Under the pieces are notes generated by a model. The model saw only the letters and a program-made list of their open reading frames with translations. It did not search any database and was not told the origin of the DNA. Source: Acidobacteriota bacterium (GTDB taxonomy: Bacteria > Acidobacteriota > Aminicenantia > Aminicenantales > Saccharicenantaceae). From it: a stretch of DNA of 64,000 nucleotides. Position 1 is the stretch's first letter; every line of letters begins with the position of its first letter. The stretch spans positions 324,567-388,566 of the forward strand of contig JBDKSB010000001.1 of NCBI GenBank assembly GCA_039683095.1. The letters are read 5' to 3'. The position numbers and the translations under genes are program-made. Below, piece by piece: positions 60,190 through 64,000 of this stretch.

Positions 60190-61992
60190 ATGTTCGGCTG
60201 GACCGGGACCATCCTGAGGGTTGATCTGAGCAACGGGAAGATCGTCAAAGAAGCCCTGGATCCGGACCTCGCGAAGACGTACATCGGGGCGCGGGGCCTC
60301 GGGGCCAGGATCATCTCGAACGAGGTCGATCCGGCCGCCGACGCGCTGGGCCCGGCCAACAAGCTCATCTTCGCCGCCGGGCCCCTGACCGGCACGTACG
60401 CCCCGTCCTGCGGCCGCTACGACGTCGTCGCGAAGGGGCCGCTCAACGGGACGATCGCCGGCTCCAATTCCGGCGGCGCGTTCGGCCCCGAGTTGAAATA
60501 CGCCGGCTACGACCTGGTCATTATCGAGGGGAAGGCGGCCAGGCCCTCCTACCTCTGGATCGACGACGCCAAGGTCGAGATCCGGGGCGCGGAGCACCTC
60601 TGGGGGAAGATCGTTCCCGACGTGACCGACGCGCTCCGGGCCGAGACCGACGAAGAGGCCAAGGTCGCCTGCATCGGTCCGGCCGGGGAGAACCAGGTCC
60701 TGTTCGCCTGCGTCATGAACGAGATGCACCGGGCGGCCGGGCGGACCGGCGTGGGCGCCGTGATGGGATCTAAGAACCTCAAGGCCGTCGTCGTTTCGGG
60801 CAGCGGCTCGGTCGCCGCGGCCGAGCCGGAGGCCTTCAAGCAGGCGGTGATGAAGGCCCGCAAGAAGATCCAGGACCATCCCGTCGGGGGGAAGGGCCTC
60901 AAGGCCTACGGCACGGAAGTCCTGGTCAACATCCTCAACGGCGTCGGCTGCCTGCCCACGCGGAACTTCCGCGAGGGGTTCTTCCCGACGGCCGACAAGG
61001 TCGGCGGGGAAACGCTGTCCGCGAACAATCTCGTCCGGCCCAAGGGCTGCTTCTCCTGCATCATCAGCTGCGGCCGGGTCACCCGCGTCACCGATCCGAA
61101 GTACGAGGGCTACGGGGAGGGCCCCGAGTACGAGACGGGCTGGTCGTTCGGGCCCGCCTGCGGCATCGACAACCTGGACGCCATCATCAAGGCCAACTTT
61201 CTCTGCAACGAGCTGGGCCTCGACACGATCACGATGGGCTCGACCATCGCCTGCGCCATGGACCTCTTCGAGCACGGCCTCCTGACCCCGAAGGACACGG
61301 GCGGCCTGAGCCTCCGGTTCGGGGACGCGGACGCCATCGTGGAGCTGACGAAGAAAACGGCCTTTAAGGAGGGGCTGGGGGCGAAGCTGGCCCTGGGCTC
61401 TTACCGCTTCGCCGAGAGCTTCGGCCACCCCGAATACTCGATGACCTGCAAGAAGCAGGAGATGCCGGCCTACGACCCGAGGGGCGTCATGGGGATCGGC
61501 CTGCACTACGCGACGGGCAACCGCGGCGGCGACCATGTCCGGGGATACACGATCGCCGTCGAGGTCCTGGGCAATCCGGTGAAGATGGACCAGTACGAGA
61601 CGAAGGGCAAGGCCGAGCTGGTCAAGACCTTCCAGAACCTGACCGCCGCCCTCGATTCCTCCGGGGCCTGCCTCTTCTCGACCTTCGGCATCGGCGCCGA
61701 CGAGCTGGCCGAGATGCTGAGCACCGCGACGGGCGTCCCGTACTCGACCGCCGAGTTCATGAAGGCCGGCGAGAGGATCTGGAACATGGAGCGCCTGTGG
61801 AACCTCAAGTCCGGCCTGTCGGCCAAGGACGACAGGCTCCCGGAACGGCTCCTCAAGGATCCCATCCCGGCAGGGCCCTCCAAGGGCAGGGTCAACCTGC
61901 TCGGCAGGATGCTCCCGGAATATTACGAGATCCGGGGCTGGGATAAGAACGGCGTGCCGACGGCGGCGAAGCTCAAGGAGCTGGGTCTTTAG
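60190..61992 (+). CDS. Aldehyde:ferredoxin oxidoreductase family (tungsten/molybdopterin AOR)
   Basis: N-terminal AFOR_N ([12 protein letters not shown]...GGRGLGARI). A C-terminal Fe-S cysteine set and pterin-binding region. The 2-nt gap to the ferredoxin gene implies co-transcription. Confidence 0.85.
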   Translation: MFGWTGTILRVDLSNGKIVKEALDPDLAKTYIGARGLGARIISNEVDPAADALGPANKLIFAAGPLTGTYAPSCGRYDVVAKGPLNGTIAGSNSGGAFGPELKYAGYDLVIIEGKAARPSYLWIDDAKVEIRGAEHLWGKIVPDVTDALRAETDEEAKVACIGPAGENQVLFACVMNEMHRAAGRTGVGAVMGSKNLKAVVVSGSGSVAAAEPEAFKQAVMKARKKIQDHPVGGKGLKAYGTEVLVNILNGVGCLPTRNFREGFFPTADKVGGETLSANNLVRPKGCFSCIISCGRVTRVTDPKYEGYGEGPEYETGWSFGPACGIDNLDAIIKANFLCNELGLDTITMGSTIACAMDLFEHGLLTPKDTGGLSLRFGDADAIVELTKKTAFKEGLGAKLALGSYRFAESFGHPEYSMTCKKQEMPAYDPRGVMGIGLHYATGNRGGDHVRGYTIAVEVLGNPVKMDQYETKGKAELVKTFQNLTAALDSSGACLFSTFGIGADELAEMLSTATGVPYSTAEFMKAGERIWNMERLWNLKSGLSAKDDRLPERLLKDPIPAGPSKGRVNLLGRMLPEYYEIRGWDKNGVPTAAKLKELGL

Positions 61993-62016
61993 CTTCCGCG
62001 GACGCCATGACCCTGC

Positions 62017-64000
62017 CGCCGTCGTTCCTGCTCGCCCCCGTGGGCGTCCTGCTGGCGGGGGTCCTCGTCATCGCCCTGTGCGGCCGCGTCCTCGGCGCAA
62101 AGGGCAAGGGCTGGGTCGCGTTCGGGTTCGGGACGGCCGCCCTGGCCTGCGTCCTTCTCCTGTTCCTGACGACGTCCCGGGGCGGGGTCCTGGACCTCAG
62201 GCTCGCGCCGTGGGACGGCCCGATCGTCCTGGCCTATCACGTGGACGGCCTGAGCCAGCTCTTCGCCCTGATGGCCGCCGGCATCGGCGCCGCCGTCCTC
62301 CTCTTTTCAGTGGGCTACATGGCCCGCGACCGCGCGGCCTCCCGGTTCTACATGCTCATGCTCGCGTTCATAGCCGGCCTCGTCCACCTGGTCTACGCGG
62401 CCGACCTGTTCCTGATGTACCTGAGCTGGGAGATCATCGGCCTCTGTTCGTTCCTGCTCGTCGGGTTCTGGTACCAGGATCGCGAGGCGGCCCGGGGGGC
62501 GCGGAAGGTCCTGGTGATGACCCACATCGCCGGATACGGCTTCCTGGCGGCTGTCCTCGTCATCCATGTCCGCGCCGGAACGACGCTGTGGACCGATCTG
62601 CGGACCGGCGCGGCCTTCTCGACGACCGTCTTCCTCCTGATGCTCGTCGCCGCCGTGGCCAAGTCGGTCCAGTTCCCCATCCATACCTGGATCCCCGATG
62701 CCATGGCCGCCCCCACGCCCGTCAGCTCCCTCCTCCACGCCGCGTGCTACGTCAAGGCCGGTGTCTACCTGGTGGCCCGGATGCACAGCCTCGTCCCCTG
62801 GCCGGACGCCTGGCAAAGCCTGGTCGTCTGGATCGGCACGGCCAGCCTGCTCGTCGGCGCGCTCTTCGCCATGGTCCAGTCCGACTTGAAGCGGCTGCTG
62901 GCCTTCAGCACCATCAGCCAGATCGGCTACATGATGCTCGGGCTCGGGCTGGGCACGCCGCTGGGCATCGCGGCCGGCCTGCTCCATTGCCTCAACCACG
63001 GGCTGTTCAAGGGCGGGCTGTTCCTTTGCGCCGGCAGCGTCCAGCACGCGACGGGGACGAAGGACATGGACCTGCTCGGCGGGGTGGGACGGCGGATGCC
63101 GGCCACGATGACCCTCTGGCTTATCGGCGCCGGGGCCATCGGGGGGGTCCCGCTCCTGAGCGGCTTCGTCAGCAAGTGGCTTATCTACAACGCCGCCCTG
63201 GAGGCCGGCCGCGTCGTGCCGGCCCTCGCGGCCTGGATCGGGAGCGTCCTGACGGTCTTCTATTTCCTCAAGGCGACGACCGGCGTCTTCCTCGGCGACG
63301 CGACGCCCGCCGCCGGCGCGGCCCGGGAGGCGCCGCGGACGATGCTGGCCGGCGGCATCCTCCTCGCGGCCGGCACGATCGTCCTGGGCCTGGCGCCGCA
63401 GCTGGCCGTGCGCTTCGTCATCAACCCCCTCCTGCCGGCCCTCGGCGTCCGGCCGGTCATCGGCGTCTCCTGGCTCGGACTGACGGCCGGGACGGGGACC
63501 TGGTTCTCCACGGCCGGCTTCGCGCTCGTCCTTCTGGCCGTCGTCGCCGGGCTGGCAATCTACGCGATGGCCCGGCCGGTTCGGGCGCGCGGGGAGGCCG
63601 GCCGAAGCTCCCCCCCGATCGCCGCCGCGCCGTTCATCGGCGGCGAGCCGATGGCCGCGCCATCGCGGCTGAGCGCGCGGGACTTTTCGCTCATCGTCCG
63701 AACGGCCCTCAGGCCGTTCTACCGGTGGGCGGACATGGACCTCTATTACGACGCCGTCCAGAAGGGCATCGACGCGGTTTGCCGGGCGGCCGCGCGGGCC
63801 GGGCGCTGGATCGAGGCGCGCGCCGTCCCGGCCCTCATCGTCCTGTCGGGCCTGGTCATCCTGGCCGTCGCGGCCGCGGTCCCGGGCGGCCGGGTCGCGG
63901 GGAGCGAGGCGGCTTTCCCGGAAAGGCCGCTGCTCATCGGGGCCGCCGCCGCCCTGGCCGCCCTTCTGTTGAGCGCGGCCGCGGCGCCCGGGCTGCGGCG
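62017..64000 (+). CDS. Complex-I antiporter-like membrane subunit (NuoL/MnhA/HyfB family), partial; continues beyond the window
   Basis: HTWIPDAMAAPTPVSSLLHAACYVKAGVYLVARM matches the conserved NuoL/M/N TM7-8 motif. It starts 25 nt after the AOR stop, has no stop before the window end, and extends past 650 aa. Confidence 0.75.

Noticed and set aside
60172-61536. 454-aa minus-strand ORF
   Set aside because: Antisense to the AOR gene.

Overview
This 64 kb window is high-GC (roughly 65-70 %) bacterial chromosome. Gene content suggests an Acidobacteriota-like organism: an Oar-like ~1000-aa TonB-dependent receptor with an N-terminal CarboxypepD_reg domain, GH127 and GH29 glycosidases, and many Tat- or Sec-secreted hypotheticals. 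That placement is a guess from gene content, not a search result.

The window opens inside a 23S rRNA gene. The 3' ~2.1 kb matches E. coli 23S from about position 790 to the 3' end with no large insertion, and a 5S rRNA follows. After that come about 55 protein-coding genes:
- an RRM-type RNA-binding protein;
- a block of small secreted and lipoprotein hypotheticals;
- a secreted Memo-family protein convergent with an rlmN-like radical-SAM methyltransferase;
- an OmpA-family outer-membrane protein;
- an Nramp transporter translationally coupled to a PRC/MgtE_N/CBS protein;
- an orphan HoxEFU-like (NuoE/NuoF/NuoG-N-terminus) flavin/Fe-S diaphorase module whose NuoE-like subunit carries an N-terminal ribbon-helix-helix-like extension;
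- an RND efflux operon (adaptor, permease, NodT outer-membrane factor) whose TetR repressor gene is frameshifted;
- a TIGR03546/TIGR03545 conserved gene pair;
- a glycan-utilisation locus (GH127, LacI-family regulator, Oar-like TonB-dependent receptor, TPR protein, GH29 fucosidase, DUF362);
- the ABC-F protein EttA;
- a DUF6600 protein behind a textbook sigma-54 promoter;
- a tricorn-like S41 protease (~1100 aa), an S10 carboxypeptidase and an APC-family permease;
- at the 3' edge, a ferredoxin, an aldehyde:ferredoxin oxidoreductase and a complex-I antiporter-like membrane subunit (NuoL/MnhA-like).

I saw no transposase or integrase. A gene-by-gene read found no CRISPR array and no tRNA gene, though I did not scan every intergenic base.

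Several gene remnants suggest local gene decay or assembly indels: a PNPOx-like pseudogene, a GlnRS C-terminal fragment, an internally deleted alpha/beta-hydrolase, a Tat-signal-only mini-ORF, and the frameshifted tetR.
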